A stretch of DNA of 64,000 nt from an uncultured Clostridia bacterium. Its GTDB lineage: Bacteria; Bacillota; Clostridia; UBA1212; UBA1255. Location of the stretch: the NCBI GenBank assembly GCA_947625435.1, contig CANQOI010000003.1, positions 1,591-65,590 on the forward strand, given 5' to 3'. The notes under the pieces are model-generated. The model saw nothing but the letters and a program-made list of their open reading frames with translations, made no database searches and was not told the DNA's origin. This document shows positions 48,975 through 60,902 of the stretch, piece after piece (position 1 is the first letter of the stretch; each line of letters opens with the position of its first letter). The position numbers and the translations under genes are program-made.

Positions 48975-49736
48975 CTAAATCGTTAAGATCTGAGGCTCAT
49001 CATCCGTCACGATAACAGTGTTCTCATAATGTGCGGACAATTTGCCGTCTTTTGTATATACAGTCCACTTGTTCGCAGCGATCTTCACTGCATACGAGCC
49101 TTCGTTGATCATCGGCTCTATGGCAAGCGCCATTCCTGCGACAAGACGGTGACCGCGCCTGTTTGTGCGAAAATTCGGTATCTCCGGATCCTCATGCAGA
49201 TCACGGCCGACACCATGACCTGTATAATCGCGAACAACAGAATAACCAAACGATTCTGCATAGTCCTGAATGGCTCCTGATATATCGGATATGCGACAAT
49301 TCGGCTTAACGAATTTCAGTCCTTCAAAAAAGCTCTGCCGAGTCACATCGATGAGCTTTCTCGCTTCTGCGGAAATGCTGCCTACCGGGAAGGTCCTCGC
49401 AGCATCACTGTGAAATCCTTCGTAATAGACACCCGCATCAATACTTACAATATCGCCGTTTCTGAGTTTTCGCTCATCCGGTATACCGTGGATCACTTCA
49501 CTGTTTACAGAGGCACATATCGCTCCGGGGAATTTAATTCCGCCGTAATAATTGGGAACTCCCAGGAAAGACGGCGAAGCGCCACTCTTTATTATATATT
49601 CTGAAGCAATTCTGTCAAGTTCTTTTGTCGTTATACCCGGTAAAATATTCTCTTCTATCTTCCTCAGCACTTCTGATAATATCTTACCCGAATCCCGCAT
49701 CTTTTCTATTTCGGATTTTGATTTTATATTTATCAT
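48975..49736 (-). CDS. map: type I methionine aminopeptidase
   Basis: [14 protein letters not shown]...DIVSIDAG...[10 protein letters not shown]. Confidence 0.95.
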   Translation of the reverse strand: MINIKSKSEIEKMRDSGKILSEVLRKIEENILPGITTKELDRIASEYIIKSGASPSFLGVPNYYGGIKFPGAICASVNSEVIHGIPDERKLRNGDIVSIDAGVYYEGFHSDAARTFPVGSISAEARKLIDVTRQSFFEGLKFVKPNCRISDISGAIQDYAESFGYSVVRDYTGHGVGRDLHEDPEIPNFRTNRRGHRLVAGMALAIEPMINEGSYAVKIAANKWTVYTKDGKLSAHYENTVIVTDDEPQILTI

Positions 49737-49742
49737 AACAAA

Positions 49743-50390
49743 TCAAATACCTTTCAGACCGAGAGCGTACAATGTATTCTGTAAGGATTCGGAAATAGAA
49801 TTCTCACTGCGTACATTAAGAAGCTTTCCCCTGTGTCTGTAAAATTCCACGAGCGGTTCCGTTGTTTTGTGGTATTCCTCGATCCTATGCCTGATCACAT
49901 CTGCCCTGTCATCATTACGCTGAACAAGCTGTGAACCGCATTTACACATATTCCCTTCAGCCGGATTGAATTTCAGATGATAAGTATCTCCGCAAGCAGG
50001 ACAAACTCTTCTGTAGGAAAGGCGTTCAACGATTATGTCATCATCTACGACGATATTTATTATCCAATCGATCTTACGCCCGGATTCCCCGAGCATCCTT
50101 TCAAGCGCTTCCGCCTGAGGGATAGAACGGGGAAATCCGTCTAATATAAAGCCTTTATCGCAATCTGCCTGTGACAGACGATCTCTGACGATACCGATCG
50201 TTATTTCATCGGGAACAAGCTCTCCCTTTGAAATATATGAATTCGCTATCGCTCCGAGTTCAGTATTACGCTTGATATTATCTCTGAAAATATCACCGGT
50301 GGAGATGTGAGGAATCTGCAATATTTTTGAAAGTTCAAATGCCTGCGTGCCTTTGCCGGCTCCCGGCGCTCCCAATAATATTAAATTCAT
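49743..50390 (-). CDS. adk: adenylate kinase (Zn-lid type)
   Basis: MNLILLGAPGAGKGTQA. The lid reads CPACG...CKCG. Confidence 0.96.
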   Translation of the reverse strand: MNLILLGAPGAGKGTQAFELSKILQIPHISTGDIFRDNIKRNTELGAIANSYISKGELVPDEITIGIVRDRLSQADCDKGFILDGFPRSIPQAEALERMLGESGRKIDWIINIVVDDDIIVERLSYRRVCPACGDTYHLKFNPAEGNMCKCGSQLVQRNDDRADVIRHRIEEYHKTTEPLVEFYRHRGKLLNVRSENSISESLQNTLYALGLKGI

Positions 50391-50410
50391 CATAACCTCC
50401 GACAGACCGA

Positions 50411-51742
50411 TCAATCCAGGAATCCCTTGTAGTTTCTCATGAGGAGCTGGGATTCGAGCTGTCTTACAGTCTCAAGCGCAACACCCACGAGGATCAAAAC
50501 GGTCGTACCGCCGAACCACAGATTAACATTGCCTATGTCTTCCTGAATGTAGGAAGCGATCTTCTGAAGCAAGGACGGTCCGACGGCGAGGATCGCAAGG
50601 AATATAGCACCGAACCATGTGATCCTGTGCGATGTCTTTTTGATGTAATCCGCTGTAGGCGCGCCCGGCCTCAATCCGGGGACGAATCCTCCGTTTTTCT
50701 TAAGGTTATTTGCTATATCTACCGGATCAAAATATACTATGTTATAGAAGAATGTGAATCCTACTATAAGAAGAGCATATATTATAATGTACAGCCATCC
50801 GCTTCCGTTAGAAAAAGATGTTATCGCCTTTGATATACTGCCGTTCGTACCTATAAATGATACTATCGTGACAGGGAACTGCAGCATTGACATAGCAAAT
50901 ATTATAGGAAGCACTCCCGATGAGTTTACTTTGATCGGAATATTTGTGCTCTGTCCGCCATATATCTTTCTGCCGACTACGCGCTTTGCATACTGAACCG
51001 GAATACGTCTTTCACCGCTTTCCATCCAGACAACTGCAACTATTACAGCGAGGAAAACGAGAAGCACTGCAACCACAAATATAATTCTTATATACAAAGC
51101 TATATTCATGGCCTCGCCTGTCAGTATGGCGTAAAGCGATACCGCGGCACTGGGCGCTCCTGCAACAATACCGGCAAAAATGATTATCGAAATTCCGTTT
51201 CCTATTCCGAGTTCCGTTATTTTGTCACCCAACCACATAAGGACCATAGTACCGGCCATAAAAGACAAAATAGCGAGCAGGAATGAAAATACATCAAAGC
51301 TGCCGGGATCGGCAAAGAGATTTATCATCATGCCGCTGTTGTTTATATTAAGGTACATCATTACCGACTGGAAAAGAGCCAGACCGAGCGTTATGAAACG
51401 CGTGATCTTTGTGAGCTTTTTTCTGCCCTCGGGGCCCTCTTTCTGCATTCTCTCGAGTGCCGGGATAGCCACCGTCAGGAGCTGAACAATAATGGACGCA
51501 TTGATATACGGACTTATTGTCATTGCAAAAAGTGATACATTCTTAAATGCGCCGCCTGAAAACATATTGTATACATTGAATATGCCGTTTTGCGCAAAAC
51601 TGTCAAATGCACCCGAAGAAAGTCCGGGAACCGGTACAAAACATCCTATTCTGAAGATGAGAACGAGCATGAGCGTCATAAACATTTTCTTTCTTAAGTC
51701 TTTGACTTTAAAAGCGTTAATGACAATGTCCTTAAAGTTCAT
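50411..51742 (-). CDS. secY: preprotein translocase SecY
   Basis: 443-aa 10-TM protein between rplO and adk, with typical SecY motifs. Confidence 0.97.
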   Translation of the reverse strand: MNFKDIVINAFKVKDLRKKMFMTLMLVLIFRIGCFVPVPGLSSGAFDSFAQNGIFNVYNMFSGGAFKNVSLFAMTISPYINASIIVQLLTVAIPALERMQKEGPEGRKKLTKITRFITLGLALFQSVMMYLNINNSGMMINLFADPGSFDVFSFLLAILSFMAGTMVLMWLGDKITELGIGNGISIIIFAGIVAGAPSAAVSLYAILTGEAMNIALYIRIIFVVAVLLVFLAVIVAVVWMESGERRIPVQYAKRVVGRKIYGGQSTNIPIKVNSSGVLPIIFAMSMLQFPVTIVSFIGTNGSISKAITSFSNGSGWLYIIIYALLIVGFTFFYNIVYFDPVDIANNLKKNGGFVPGLRPGAPTADYIKKTSHRITWFGAIFLAILAVGPSLLQKIASYIQEDIGNVNLWFGGTTVLILVGVALETVRQLESQLLMRNYKGFLD

Positions 51743-51743
51743 C

Positions 51744-52187
51744 TCAGATCACCTCTGCCTTTCCTCCTGCATTTTCAATCTTTTCAGCTGCACTTTTTGT
51801 AAAACGCGTAGCTTTAACTGTTAATTTCTTGTTCAAGTCACCGTTGCCGAGAATTTTAACACCGTCATACAGCTTCCTGATAAGTCTCGCGTTCACAAGT
51901 GCCGCTGCATCGATAACAGCGCCGTCTTCGAAAATATTGAGATCCGAAACATTTACTTCGGCATATACATCTGCAAATATCTTATTGTTAAAACCTCTTT
52001 TAGGCATTCTTCTGTATAAAGGTGTCTGTCCACCTTCAAAGCCGGGTCTTACCCCGCCACCTGAACGCGCCTTCTGTCCTTTGTGTCCTCTGCCGGCGGT
52101 TTTACCGTTCCCGGATCCGTGGCCTCTGCCCTTTCTGTATGCTTCACGGCTTGAACCCGCCGCGGGACGTAATTCATCAAGCTTCAT
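51744..52187 (-). CDS. rplO: 50S ribosomal protein L15
   Basis: [12 protein letters not shown]...[24 protein letters not shown]. Confidence 0.97.
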   Translation of the reverse strand: MKLDELRPAAGSSREAYRKGRGHGSGNGKTAGRGHKGQKARSGGGVRPGFEGGQTPLYRRMPKRGFNNKIFADVYAEVNVSDLNIFEDGAVIDAAALVNARLIRKLYDGVKILGNGDLNKKLTVKATRFTKSAAEKIENAGGKAEVI

Positions 52188-52201
52188 GGAAACACCTCCT
52201 G

Positions 52202-52381
52202 TTATATTTCTTCTACTTTAACCAGATGTGCGACTGTTCTGATCATTCCTCTTATCTGAGGGTTGTCGCTGTGCTCTACAGTGCTGCCTATCTTTTTAAG
52301 ACCAAGCGCCTGAACTGTAGCCTTCTGTCTCTGAACAACTTTATTGGTACTTCTTATAAGAGTTATCTTCAATTTTGACAT
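52202..52381 (-). CDS. rpmD: 50S ribosomal protein L30
   Basis: Below the ORF-track cutoff. Own translation: [59 protein letters not shown]. Confidence 0.93.
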   Translation of the reverse strand: MSKLKITLIRSTNKVVQRQKATVQALGLKKIGSTVEHSDNPQIRGMIRTVAHLVKVEEI

Positions 52382-52393
52382 TGCGCTTCCCCC

Positions 52394-52894
52394 TTATTCC
52401 AGTATCTCTTCAACAGTCTTACCGCGAAGCTTTGAAACTTTCTCGGCAGTCATAAGTGAAGTAAGTCCGTCTATTGTGGCACGCACCATATTTATAGGAT
52501 TATTTGACCTGAGTGATTTTGTTCTTATGTCACGTATTCCGGAAAGCTCAATGACCGCTCTTACAGGTCCGCCTGCTATAACTCCGGTACCTTCGGCAGC
52601 CGGCTTAAGGAGAACTTCGCCTGCACCGTACTTGCCTATTATCTCGTGAGGAATCGTAGTGCCCACCATAGGAACATTTATGATGTTCTTTTTGGCGTCT
52701 TCCACACCTTTTCTTATTGCCTCTGTCACTTCGGCGGCTTTGCCGAGTCCTACGCCAACCTGACCGTTTTCATTGCCTACAACAACCAAAGCGCTCCATC
52801 TGAAATTACGTCCGCCCTTTACAACTTTAGTAACTTTGCCGAGGTTAACGACTTTCTCTTTAAATTCTGATGTATTGGAATTATTATGATCCAT
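52394..52894 (-). CDS. rpsE: 30S ribosomal protein S5
   Basis: [28 protein letters not shown]. Confidence 0.97.
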   Translation of the reverse strand: MDHNNSNTSEFKEKVVNLGKVTKVVKGGRNFRWSALVVVGNENGQVGVGLGKAAEVTEAIRKGVEDAKKNIINVPMVGTTIPHEIIGKYGAGEVLLKPAAEGTGVIAGGPVRAVIELSGIRDIRTKSLRSNNPINMVRATIDGLTSLMTAEKVSKLRGKTVEEILE

Positions 52895-52913
52895 GTTATA
52901 TCCTCCTTACGCC

Positions 52914-53282
52914 TTAGAAGTTAAGACCGGCTTCACGGGCAGCGTCTGCGAGCTCTTTTACTCTTCCGTGGTACACATACCCGCCGCGATCGAACACAAC
53001 CTCTGTTATCCCTGCGGCAGCAGCTCTCTCGGCTATAAGCTTTCCGACTTCCTTTGCCGCCTCAATATTGCCACCGTAGCTTAACTTCTCGCGTATTGCT
53101 TTATCAAGCGTTGATGCAGATACGAGCGTATTACCGGTTGTATCATCTATTACCTGTGCATAAATATTGGAAAGGCTCCTGAATACATTAAGTCTCGGAC
53201 GTTCAGGTGTTCCGCTGATATGCTTTCTTACACGTACGTGTCTTCTCTGACGAATCTGATTCTTACTTAATTTTTTTGCCAT
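52914..53282 (-). CDS. rplR: 50S ribosomal protein L18
   Basis: [20 protein letters not shown]...[27 protein letters not shown]. Confidence 0.97.
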   Translation of the reverse strand: MAKKLSKNQIRQRRHVRVRKHISGTPERPRLNVFRSLSNIYAQVIDDTTGNTLVSASTLDKAIREKLSYGGNIEAAKEVGKLIAERAAAAGITEVVFDRGGYVYHGRVKELADAAREAGLNF

Positions 53283-53300
53283 ATTGCGTCACTCCCTTTC

Positions 53301-53852
53301 TTATTTCTTGCCTGCGCCGCCTGTTTTACCTTCTTTACGGCGTACAAATTCATCAACATATTTAATGCCTTTGCCCTTATACGGCTCGGGAGGCTTCTTG
53401 CTTCTGACTTTTGCGGCAAATTCTCCGACCATCTGTTTATCGGTTCCTTTAATTATTATCTTGTTCTGAGCAGGTACTTCTATCGTTATTCCTTCCGGCG
53501 GATCCATATTGATCTGATGTGAAAAGCCGACATTCAGGACCAACATCTTGCCCTGAAGCGCAGCTCTGTAACCTACGCCGTTAATCTCAAGCTCTTTAAC
53601 ATATCCCTTCGTTACCCCGTCCACCATATTCTGTATGAGAGAACGTGTAAGTCCGTGAAGCGAACGATCCTCTTTATCATCGCTCTTCCTTGTAACTACT
53701 ATAGAACCGCCATCTATGTTTATGTCGATCCTTGAATGAAACTGCTCAGTGAGCGTTCCTTTTGGTCCCTTCACCTGCAGCTTATGACCGTCTAAAAGCT
53801 CTACTGTTACGCCTTCAGGAATCACAACAGGTTTTTTACCTATTCTGGACAT
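53301..53852 (-). CDS. rplF: 50S ribosomal protein L6
   Basis: [17 protein letters not shown]...[11 protein letters not shown]. Confidence 0.97.
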   Translation of the reverse strand: MSRIGKKPVVIPEGVTVELLDGHKLQVKGPKGTLTEQFHSRIDINIDGGSIVVTRKSDDKEDRSLHGLTRSLIQNMVDGVTKGYVKELEINGVGYRAALQGKMLVLNVGFSHQINMDPPEGITIEVPAQNKIIIKGTDKQMVGEFAAKVRSKKPPEPYKGKGIKYVDEFVRRKEGKTGGAGKK

Positions 53853-53944
53853 TTTACTATTTCCTCCAATCTTAAAATTCTGTACTGCCTCTCATATCCG
53901 GCAATACTTTTCAGATCATTTATATATTTCTGTTGGCATACCGA

Positions 53945-54343
53945 TCACCAAACGTAGGCCATTACTTCTCCGCCGATGCCGAGGCTTCTCGCCTTTTTAT
54001 CGGTCATTATACCGCTCGATGTCGATATGATAGCCACACCGAGTCCGCCGAGAACCTTCGGGAGCTCATCTTTTGATGCGTACACGCGGAGTCCCGGCTT
54101 TGATATACGCTTAATGCCGGATATTACAGGCCTCTTGCCCTCAGTATATTTAAGATACAGTCTGAGGACACCCTGCTTGCCGTCATCTATCGTCTGAACT
54201 TCCTTGACATATCCTTCTTCTTCCAAAATACGCGCGATAGCACTCTTCACATTCGAAGCAGGCACATCAACCGTTTCGTGTTTTGCTGTTCCCGCATTTC
54301 TTATACGCGTCAACATATCGGCTACAACATCAGTAATTTGCAT
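53945..54343 (-). CDS. rpsH: 30S ribosomal protein S8
   Basis: [13 protein letters not shown]...GGEVMAYVW. Confidence 0.97.
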   Translation of the reverse strand: MQITDVVADMLTRIRNAGTAKHETVDVPASNVKSAIARILEEEGYVKEVQTIDDGKQGVLRLYLKYTEGKRPVISGIKRISKPGLRVYASKDELPKVLGGLGVAIISTSSGIMTDKKARSLGIGGEVMAYVW

Positions 54344-54370
54344 AATGCTAACCTCCTTTACTCTTATCTG

Positions 54371-54556
54371 TTACCAGCTGGCTTTCTTGACACCGGGTAT
54401 CTGTCCCTTATAAGCCAATTCTCTGAAACAAATACGGCAGATGCCATACTTTCTGATATATGCATGAGGACGTCCGCAGATCTTACATCTGTTGTATGCT
54501 CTCGTAGAATACTTAGGTGTCCTTTGTTGTTTTATTTTCATTGAAACCTTTGCCAT
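54371..54556 (-). CDS. rpsZ: 30S ribosomal protein S14 type Z (zinc form)
   Basis: 61 aa; [20 protein letters not shown]. Confidence 0.96.
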   Translation of the reverse strand: MAKVSMKIKQQRTPKYSTRAYNRCKICGRPHAYIRKYGICRICFRELAYKGQIPGVKKASW

Positions 54557-54570
54557 GGTCTACCTCCTTA

Positions 54571-55110
54571 TTACGAGTCAAACGGCATACCCATCATCTT
54601 GAGCAGCGCTTTTGCTTCTTCATCAGTCTTTGCCGTTGTGACAAAGATGATATCCATGCCTCTGACTTTATCAATCTTATCATATTCTATTTCAGGGAAA
54701 ATGATCTGCTCTTTAAGTCCGAGTGCGTAATTTCCGCGGCCGTCAAATGAATTTCCGGGTATTCCGTGAAAATCTCGAATACGGGGCAATGTAATGTTTA
54801 TAAGCTTATCCGCGAATGCATACATCCTTACGCCTCTGAGCGTTACCTTGCAGCCTATGTTCATTCCCTCACGTACCTTAAATGCGGCAACGGATTTTTT
54901 TGCCTTAGTTACGACCGGCTTTTGTCCGGTGATAAGAGAAAGATCGCTCACTGCGGATTCGATAGCCTTCGGGTTCTCCTTTACCTCTCCGAGTCCCATG
55001 TTTATGACTATCTTCTCAAGCTTAGGTATTTCCATTACATTCTTGTATTTGAACTGCTCCTGAAGAGCCGGCGCTATTTCTTTTTCATATTTTTCTTTAA
55101 GCCTTAACAT
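54571..55110 (-). CDS. rplE: 50S ribosomal protein L5
   Basis: [42 protein letters not shown]. Confidence 0.97.
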   Translation of the reverse strand: MLRLKEKYEKEIAPALQEQFKYKNVMEIPKLEKIVINMGLGEVKENPKAIESAVSDLSLITGQKPVVTKAKKSVAAFKVREGMNIGCKVTLRGVRMYAFADKLINITLPRIRDFHGIPGNSFDGRGNYALGLKEQIIFPEIEYDKIDKVRGMDIIFVTTAKTDEEAKALLKMMGMPFDS

Positions 55111-55130
55111 TTATTATCCTCCATTCGAAA

Positions 55131-55505
55131 TCACTTCGTATAATCGGTGGTAGGAATTACGGCTCCGCAACCCTTCCTCTTACAAACACGCACCTTGATC
55201 TGCTTACCGTTTTCTTCTATGACCTTGTGTCCGGTCCTCGTAGGTTCTCCGCACTTAGGGCAGATCACCATGACATTAGACACATGTACGGGAGATTCCT
55301 TCTTTATGATTCCTCCCTGTTCCGTACGGCCCTTCGGCTTCTGGTGCTTGCTCACCATATTGTAGCCTTCAACGATTACCTGCTCCTTATCCGGAATAAC
55401 CGCGAGTACTTTGCCTGTAACGGTTCTGGGCTTGCCGTTTTTATCTTTCTGACGACGTGTGTTCAGAACTACTACTTTATCGCCCTTCTTAATATTCATA
55501 CTCAT
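55131..55505 (-). CDS. rplX: 50S ribosomal protein L24 (Cys4-containing long form)
   Basis: IKKGDKVVVL...GGIIKKESPVHVSNVMVICPKCGEPTR...VCKRKGC. Confidence 0.95.
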   Translation of the reverse strand: MSMNIKKGDKVVVLNTRRQKDKNGKPRTVTGKVLAVIPDKEQVIVEGYNMVSKHQKPKGRTEQGGIIKKESPVHVSNVMVICPKCGEPTRTGHKVIEENGKQIKVRVCKRKGCGAVIPTTDYTK

Positions 55506-55520
55506 AATATTATCCTCCGA

Positions 55521-55889
55521 TCAAATAACTTCGGGAGCAAGCGAGACGATCTTCATAAAATCATTCTCTCTGAGCTCTCTTGCTACAGGTCCGAAAATAC
55601 GTGTTCCTCTCGGATTCATGTCATCCTTTATAAGAACAGCAGCGTTCTCGTCAAATCTTATATATGTTCCGTCTTCACGGCGAACTCCGCGCTTCGTGCG
55701 AACTATCACGCATTTAACGACATCGCCCTTCTTGACCATACCGCCCGGAGCGGCAGCTTTAACAGAGCATACTATTATATCTCCTATATTCGCATAACGG
55801 CGCCTGCTTCCGCCTATAACTTTGATGCACATCAATTCTTTAGCGCCGGTATTGTCTGCAACTTTAAGCCTAGTCTGTACTTGTACCAT
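55521..55889 (-). CDS. rplN: 50S ribosomal protein L14
   Basis: [28 protein letters not shown]. Confidence 0.98.
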   Translation of the reverse strand: MVQVQTRLKVADNTGAKELMCIKVIGGSRRRYANIGDIIVCSVKAAAPGGMVKKGDVVKCVIVRTKRGVRREDGTYIRFDENAAVLIKDDMNPRGTRIFGPVARELRENDFMKIVSLAPEVI

Positions 55890-55910
55890 AACTTTTGCCT
55901 CCTATATTCG

Positions 55911-56168
55911 TTAGCGAGCCTTCTCTATGATAGAAGCCAGTCTCCACCGTTTGTCTTTACTGAGAGGCCGGGTTTCCATTACCTCAACGGTATCCCCCAC
56001 CTTCGCCTCGTTTGCTTCGTCATGGGCCTTTAATTTATATGTGGTCTTAACGACCTTCTTGTAGAGCGGATGCTTCACACTGTCGACCACCGCAACTACG
56101 ATAGTCTTATCCATCTTATCGCTGATAACCTTACCAACTCTTGTTTTTCTTAAATTTCTGTCTGCCAA
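55911..56168 (-). CDS. rpsQ: 30S ribosomal protein S17
   Basis: [21 protein letters not shown]...HPLYKK...AHDE. Confidence 0.97.
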   Translation of the reverse strand: MADRNLRKTRVGKVISDKMDKTIVVAVVDSVKHPLYKKVVKTTYKLKAHDEANEAKVGDTVEVMETRPLSKDKRWRLASIIEKAR

Positions 56169-56194
56169 ATTAAACTACCTCCTTCCGAAGCTTC

Positions 56195-56410
56195 TCATTT
56201 CTGCTCAGAAGCAAGTTCTCTTGCTCTGATGGCAGTCTTCACACGCGCGATGTCACGCTTTAAAAACTTTAATTTCATAGGGTTATCTATCGGGCTGGTA
56301 GCATTCTTGAAACGGAGCTTAAAAAGCTCTTCTTTCAGGGATGCTTCTTCCTTTTTCAATTCTTCAATCGACATTTTACTTAAATTATCATTGAAATCCT
56401 TAGCCTTCAT
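56195..56410 (-). CDS. rpmC: 50S ribosomal protein L29
   Basis: [15 protein letters not shown]...[16 protein letters not shown]. Overlaps the rplP stop. Confidence 0.93.
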   Translation of the reverse strand: MKAKDFNDNLSKMSIEELKKEEASLKEELFKLRFKNATSPIDNPMKLKFLKRDIARVKTAIRARELASEQK

Positions 56411-56840
56411 TTACATCACCCTCCGTTTCTGTCTGTTCGCGAGCGATTATCTTGCATTTTACGGGAAGCTTATGCATCGCAAGGCGCAGTGCTTCTCTGC
56501 AAAGATCTTCGCTTACGCCTGCCACCTCGAAAAGAACTCTGCCGGGTTTAACTACAGCTACCCAATACTCGGGATTACCTTTACCGGAACCCATTCGTAC
56601 TTCCGCAGGTTTCTTTGTAACAGGTTTATCGGGGAATATTTTGATCCAAACCTTACCGCCTCTTTTGATAGAACGCGTCAGTGCGATACGGGCAGCTTCT
56701 ATCTGATTGCTTGTTATCCAACCGCACTCGGTGGACTGGAGGCCGAACTCACCCTGAGAAACAACATTGCCTCTCGAGGCTACGCCTTTCATTCTGCCTC
56801 TCTGCACTTTTCTGTGCTTGACTCTTTTAGGCATTAACAT
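56400..56840 (-). CDS. rplP: 50S ribosomal protein L16
   Basis: [19 protein letters not shown]. Confidence 0.97.
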   Translation of the reverse strand: MLMPKRVKHRKVQRGRMKGVASRGNVVSQGEFGLQSTECGWITSNQIEAARIALTRSIKRGGKVWIKIFPDKPVTKKPAEVRMGSGKGNPEYWVAVVKPGRVLFEVAGVSEDLCREALRLAMHKLPVKCKIIAREQTETEGDVNEG

Positions 56841-56842
56841 AA

Positions 56843-57517
56843 TTATTCCTCGCTCCCTTCTGAATTCGCCGCACCTGCGTTTTTAGCTGCAGGCAGGACT
56901 TCTCCTTTGTAAATCCAGACTTTAACACCGATCTTGCCGTATGTGGTATTAGCTTCCGCAAATCCGTAATCTATATCGGCTCTCAGTGTCTGAAGCGGTA
57001 TCGTACCCTCGTGATAATGTTCGCTGCGTGCGATCTCGGCGCCGCCGAGTCTTCCGCTGCATGCGGTCTTGATACCGAGTGCTCCCGCGCGCATTGTTCT
57101 GAGCATTACCTGCTTCATCGCTCTTCTGAATGTTATACGCTTTTCAAGCTGAGCTGCTATGTTCTCGGCGCAGAGCTGCGCATCGAGATCGGGATTCTTC
57201 ACTTGGAAAACATTTATCGAAACTATCTTGCCCGTCATTTTCTCGAGCTCATTCTTAAGCTCATCTTTTATCGCGCCGTTCTTGCCGATAACGAAGCCGG
57301 GCTTTGCGGTTTCTATATTTACGAGAACTTTATTCGCCGTTCTCTCTATCTTTATCCTTGATATTTCAGCCGTATAAAGCTTCTTCTTGACATAAGTCCT
57401 TATCTTGTTATCTTCCACGAGGAAATCCGCAAAATTCTTTTTATTTGCGTACCATTTGGAATCCCAGTCCTTTATTACTCCCACTCTGAGTCCGTGAGGA
57501 TTAACCTTCTGTCCCAT
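56843..57517 (-). CDS. rpsC: 30S ribosomal protein S3
   Basis: [25 protein letters not shown] 57517 lies 6 nt after GGAGGAGG. Confidence 0.97.
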   Translation of the reverse strand: MGQKVNPHGLRVGVIKDWDSKWYANKKNFADFLVEDNKIRTYVKKKLYTAEISRIKIERTANKVLVNIETAKPGFVIGKNGAIKDELKNELEKMTGKIVSINVFQVKNPDLDAQLCAENIAAQLEKRITFRRAMKQVMLRTMRAGALGIKTACSGRLGGAEIARSEHYHEGTIPLQTLRADIDYGFAEANTTYGKIGVKVWIYKGEVLPAAKNAGAANSEGSEE

Positions 57518-57532
57518 ACTCAACCTCCTCCA

Positions 57533-58009
57533 TTAGTCTCTTTCTTTCAGTACCACGGTAATGTGGCTTGTTCTCTTGTTTATACGCGTTCCGCGCCCTC
57601 TGGCTACCGCGCGCATACGTTTGAGAGTCGGTCCCTGATTTGCGTAGCAATCGGCAACATATAACTTATCGCTGTCAAGTTCAAAATTATTTACCGCATT
57701 TGCTTCAGCCGAATGCAGAAGCTTGTATATAAGCTCGGAGGCGGCCTTAGGCGTAAATCTTACGATAGCGTATGCTTCTTGAAGATCCTTACCTTTGATA
57801 AGATCAAGCACGATCTTAACCTTCCTGGCTGAAATCCTCGCATAATTCAGCGTTGCCTTACCCTGATCTCTGCCGATACCCAGCACCTTACGTTCACGCT
57901 TTGAAAGAATGAAAGGTTTGTTGTTCTTGCCCGACTGAGAGTTATATTGTTTTATCAGTTCTTCTCTTCTTGACAGAAGTTCAGATTCGCTCAAAATTTT
58001 TCTTTCCAA
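57533..58009 (-). CDS. rplV: 50S ribosomal protein L22 with a roughly 45-aa N-terminal extension
   Basis: Core reads ATLNYARISARKVKIVLDLIKGK...RINKRTSHITVVL. TTG 58009 lies 7 nt after AAAGGAGG, directly after the rpsS stop. Confidence 0.9.
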   Translation of the reverse strand: MERKILSESELLSRREELIKQYNSQSGKNNKPFILSKRERKVLGIGRDQGKATLNYARISARKVKIVLDLIKGKDLQEAYAIVRFTPKAASELIYKLLHSAEANAVNNFELDSDKLYVADCYANQGPTLKRMRAVARGRGTRINKRTSHITVVLKERD

Positions 58010-58027
58010 AGAAATTCCTCCTTTACA

Positions 58028-58315
58028 TCAGCGCTTTACGGAGCTGGATTTTTCACTCTTGTTTGCATGGCCTCTGTAAGTTCTCGTAGGAGCAAATTCA
58101 CCAAGCTTATGTCCGACCATTTCTTCTGTTATATATACAGGCACATGCTTGCGTCCGTCATGAACAGCTATCGTGTGACCTACCATCTGCGGGAAGATCG
58201 TAGATGCTCTCGACCACGTTTTGATGACGATCTTCTCGTTCTTTTCATTCATAGCTTCTATTCGCTTTAAAAGTTTCTCCTGTACAAAAGGCCCTTTCTT
58301 AACAGATCTACTCAT
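58028..58315 (-). CDS. rpsS: 30S ribosomal protein S19
   Basis: [11 protein letters not shown]...[30 protein letters not shown]. Confidence 0.98.
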   Translation of the reverse strand: MSRSVKKGPFVQEKLLKRIEAMNEKNEKIVIKTWSRASTIFPQMVGHTIAVHDGRKHVPVYITEEMVGHKLGEFAPTRTYRGHANKSEKSSSVKR

Positions 58316-58333
58316 GCTGCAACCTCCTTAAGA

Positions 58334-59167
58334 TTACTTACTGTTCCTTCTTCTGACGATATACTTATCAGAAGCTTTATTCTTCTTCCTTGTCTTGTAT
58401 CCGAGGGTTGGCTTACCCCAAGGAGTAACAGGACTCGGCATACCGACAGGAGACTTGCCTTCGCCGCCGCCGTGAGGGTGGTCGCACGGGTTCATTACTA
58501 CACCGCGTACCGTAGGACGTATTCCCATCCATCTTTTTCTTCCGGCTTTACCTATCGTAATATTCTCGTGGTCAAGGTTGCCTACCTGCCCGATCGTTGC
58601 CTTGCAGAGCTGCGGTATGAGACGAACCTCTCCGGAGCCGAGGCGGACCTGCGCAAATCCGTTTTCCTTAGCCATGAGCTGAGCGGACGAGCCTGCGGAT
58701 CTTACAAGCTGAGCTCCCTTTCCGGGCTTCATTTCTATGTTGTGGATTATAGTACCTATCGGTATATCCTTAAGTGCGAGAGCATTTCCCGGTAAAATGT
58801 CGGCTCCTTCTCCCGACAGTACCTTATCTCCCACTTTAAGTCCGTCCGGATGAAGTATATATCTCTTCTCTCCGTCGGCATAAACGAGCAATGCTATGTT
58901 GGCGGATCTGTTAGGATCGTACTCCACAGATACAACCTTTGCGGGTATACCCTCTTTATCTCTCTTGAAGTCAATTATTCTGTACTGTCTCTTAGTGCCG
59001 CCGCCCTGATGACGAACGGTAATCCTTCCGTATGAGTTTCTGCCTGCGTTCTTCTTGACAGGAGTCATGAGCGACTTAACGCTGCTCTTAGCGGTTATCT
59101 CCTCAAAAGTCGAGACCGTCATCGTTCTTCTGGAAGGTGTTGTCGGATTATATTTCTTAATACCCAT
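58334..59167 (-). CDS. rplB: 50S ribosomal protein L2
   Basis: [14 protein letters not shown]...[17 protein letters not shown]. Confidence 0.98.
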   Translation of the reverse strand: MGIKKYNPTTPSRRTMTVSTFEEITAKSSVKSLMTPVKKNAGRNSYGRITVRHQGGGTKRQYRIIDFKRDKEGIPAKVVSVEYDPNRSANIALLVYADGEKRYILHPDGLKVGDKVLSGEGADILPGNALALKDIPIGTIIHNIEMKPGKGAQLVRSAGSSAQLMAKENGFAQVRLGSGEVRLIPQLCKATIGQVGNLDHENITIGKAGRKRWMGIRPTVRGVVMNPCDHPHGGGEGKSPVGMPSPVTPWGKPTLGYKTRKKNKASDKYIVRRRNSK

Positions 59168-59185
59168 TTCACTGTCCTCCTAAGC

Positions 59186-59539
59186 TTACTGAGCGAATCC
59201 GAAGTCTTCGATCGAATTCTTATACTTCTTTGTTTTCTTCTCTCCGCCGACAGTATATTCAACAGCCTGGGGATCGGTATCGATCGTAATGACTGCCTTC
59301 TTCCACTTCGGAGTATATCCTACTGCCATTCCCGAATTCTGCCTGCGGCTTCTTTTCTTACCGTCATAGCGCATCGTGTTCACTGCCAGCACTTTGACTT
59401 CAAAGATCTTCTCTGCGGCTTTCTTTATGTCGATCTTTGTGGCGTTTACATCAACAACAAAAGTATATCTGCCCTCTGCCGCGGCTTCGGTGCTTTTTTC
59501 TGTTATGTGGGGACGAATAATTATATCATATGCGTTCAT
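59186..59539 (-). CDS. rplW: 50S ribosomal protein L23 (extended form)
   Basis: [13 protein letters not shown]...[12 protein letters not shown]. 117 aa, with an internal and a C-terminal extension. Confidence 0.93.
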   Translation of the reverse strand: MNAYDIIIRPHITEKSTEAAAEGRYTFVVDVNATKIDIKKAAEKIFEVKVLAVNTMRYDGKKRSRRQNSGMAVGYTPKWKKAVITIDTDPQAVEYTVGGEKKTKKYKNSIEDFGFAQ

Positions 59540-60174
59540 GCGTACACCTCCGAAATTTTACTTAAAGCGTCTTTGGTTACGATGAATTTGCCGTGACGCA
59601 GTATGTCGTATACGTTGATTGTATTTACGTATGCCGTATCCACACCCTTGATATTGCTCGCCGATTTAACAACATTGATATCCTTCTCCGGTATTACCAC
59701 GAGAGCGCTTCCGTTAGTGCGTCCGTCGGAAACTCCGAGATTCCTGAGAACTTCCACCATGTTCTTTGTCTTGATTCCTTCAAATCCGAGCGTATCGAGA
59801 ACTATTATGTCGCCGTCATTCGCCTTGCTTGTAAGTGACGACTTGATCGCCAGTCTCTTTACTTTCTTAGGTATGGTATAACTGTAATCTCTCGGTTTGG
59901 GTCCGAACACGATACCGCCGTGTATCCACTGCGCGGATCTCGTACTTCCCTGTCTCGCACGGCCTGTGCCCTTCTGTCTGTAAGGCTTCTTGCCGCCTCC
60001 GCTCACTTCGCTCTTTACGAGCGTTGAGTGCGTTCCCTGACGCTTATTCGCAAGATTGTTCACAACCGCAGCGTGCATGCAGTATGTGTTGACCTCCACG
60101 CCGAATATATTGCTGTCGAGTTCTATCTCCTCAACAACTTCTCCCTTCATATTATAAACATTTACTTTTGGCAT
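59536..60174 (-). CDS. rplD: 50S ribosomal protein L4
   Basis: [20 protein letters not shown]...[19 protein letters not shown]. Confidence 0.97.
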   Translation of the reverse strand: MPKVNVYNMKGEVVEEIELDSNIFGVEVNTYCMHAAVVNNLANKRQGTHSTLVKSEVSGGGKKPYRQKGTGRARQGSTRSAQWIHGGIVFGPKPRDYSYTIPKKVKRLAIKSSLTSKANDGDIIVLDTLGFEGIKTKNMVEVLRNLGVSDGRTNGSALVVIPEKDINVVKSASNIKGVDTAYVNTINVYDILRHGKFIVTKDALSKISEVYA

Positions 60175-60194
60175 GATTTCTTCCTCCTTCCGCG

Positions 60195-60827
60195 TCACGC
60201 TTTAACCGATTCTCTTATCTCAAGGAGTCCGCCCTTGGGGCCCGGAATTGCGCCTTTTATAAGAAGAAGATTCCTGTCACCGTCAACCTTAACGACAGTC
60301 AGGTTTTGTACTGTCACTCTCTCTGCTCCCATATGTCCCGGCATGTTCTTTCCTTTGAAGACCTTGCCCGGATCCGTGTTGGCGCCCATGGAACCTACAC
60401 CTCTGTGATACTTGGAACCGTGAGACTTCGGTCCTATCTTCTGTCCGTGTCTCTTGATGGCACCCTGGTATCCTTTACCTTTTGATGTGCCGCTCACGTC
60501 TACGCTGTCTCCGTCCTTGAACATGTCCGTTACGGTGATCGTCTGTCCGAGCTCATACGTATCGGCATTCTCGGGTTTGAATTCTCTGAGATACTTGAAG
60601 CCGCTCATTTCGAGCTTATCGAAAAGGCCCTTCTCGGGTTTGTTGAGCTTCTTCTTGTCTACTTCGCCGTAAGCTATCTTAACAGCGCTATAGCTGTCTG
60701 TTTCTTCAGTCTTCTTCTGCACGACAGTGCAGGGACCTGCAAGCACTACAGTGATCGGCGTACATTTGCCGTCAGCGTCAAAAATCTGAGTCATTCCGAT
60801 TTTTGTTCCTAAAATAAAATTCTTCAT
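60195..60827 (-). CDS. rplC: 50S ribosomal protein L3
   Basis: [13 protein letters not shown]...[12 protein letters not shown]. Confidence 0.98.
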   Translation of the reverse strand: MKNFILGTKIGMTQIFDADGKCTPITVVLAGPCTVVQKKTEETDSYSAVKIAYGEVDKKKLNKPEKGLFDKLEMSGFKYLREFKPENADTYELGQTITVTDMFKDGDSVDVSGTSKGKGYQGAIKRHGQKIGPKSHGSKYHRGVGSMGANTDPGKVFKGKNMPGHMGAERVTVQNLTVVKVDGDRNLLLIKGAIPGPKGGLLEIRESVKA

Positions 60828-60856
60828 TTACTGCTTTACCTCCTGATTGGTTATTG

Positions 60857-60902
60857 GTTCCCGAGGGAACTTGACCGGTTCCACGCCCTGCAGGGCGGAA
60901 CC
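60857..60902 (-). other. two adjacent GC-rich hairpins in the 95-nt rpsJ-rplC spacer
   Basis: Plus-strand reading: gttcc-cgag-ggaac (60857-60870) and ggttccacgccc-tgca-gggcggaacc (60877-60902, one bulge). Both share a GGTTCC/GGAACC core. Confidence 0.55.
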
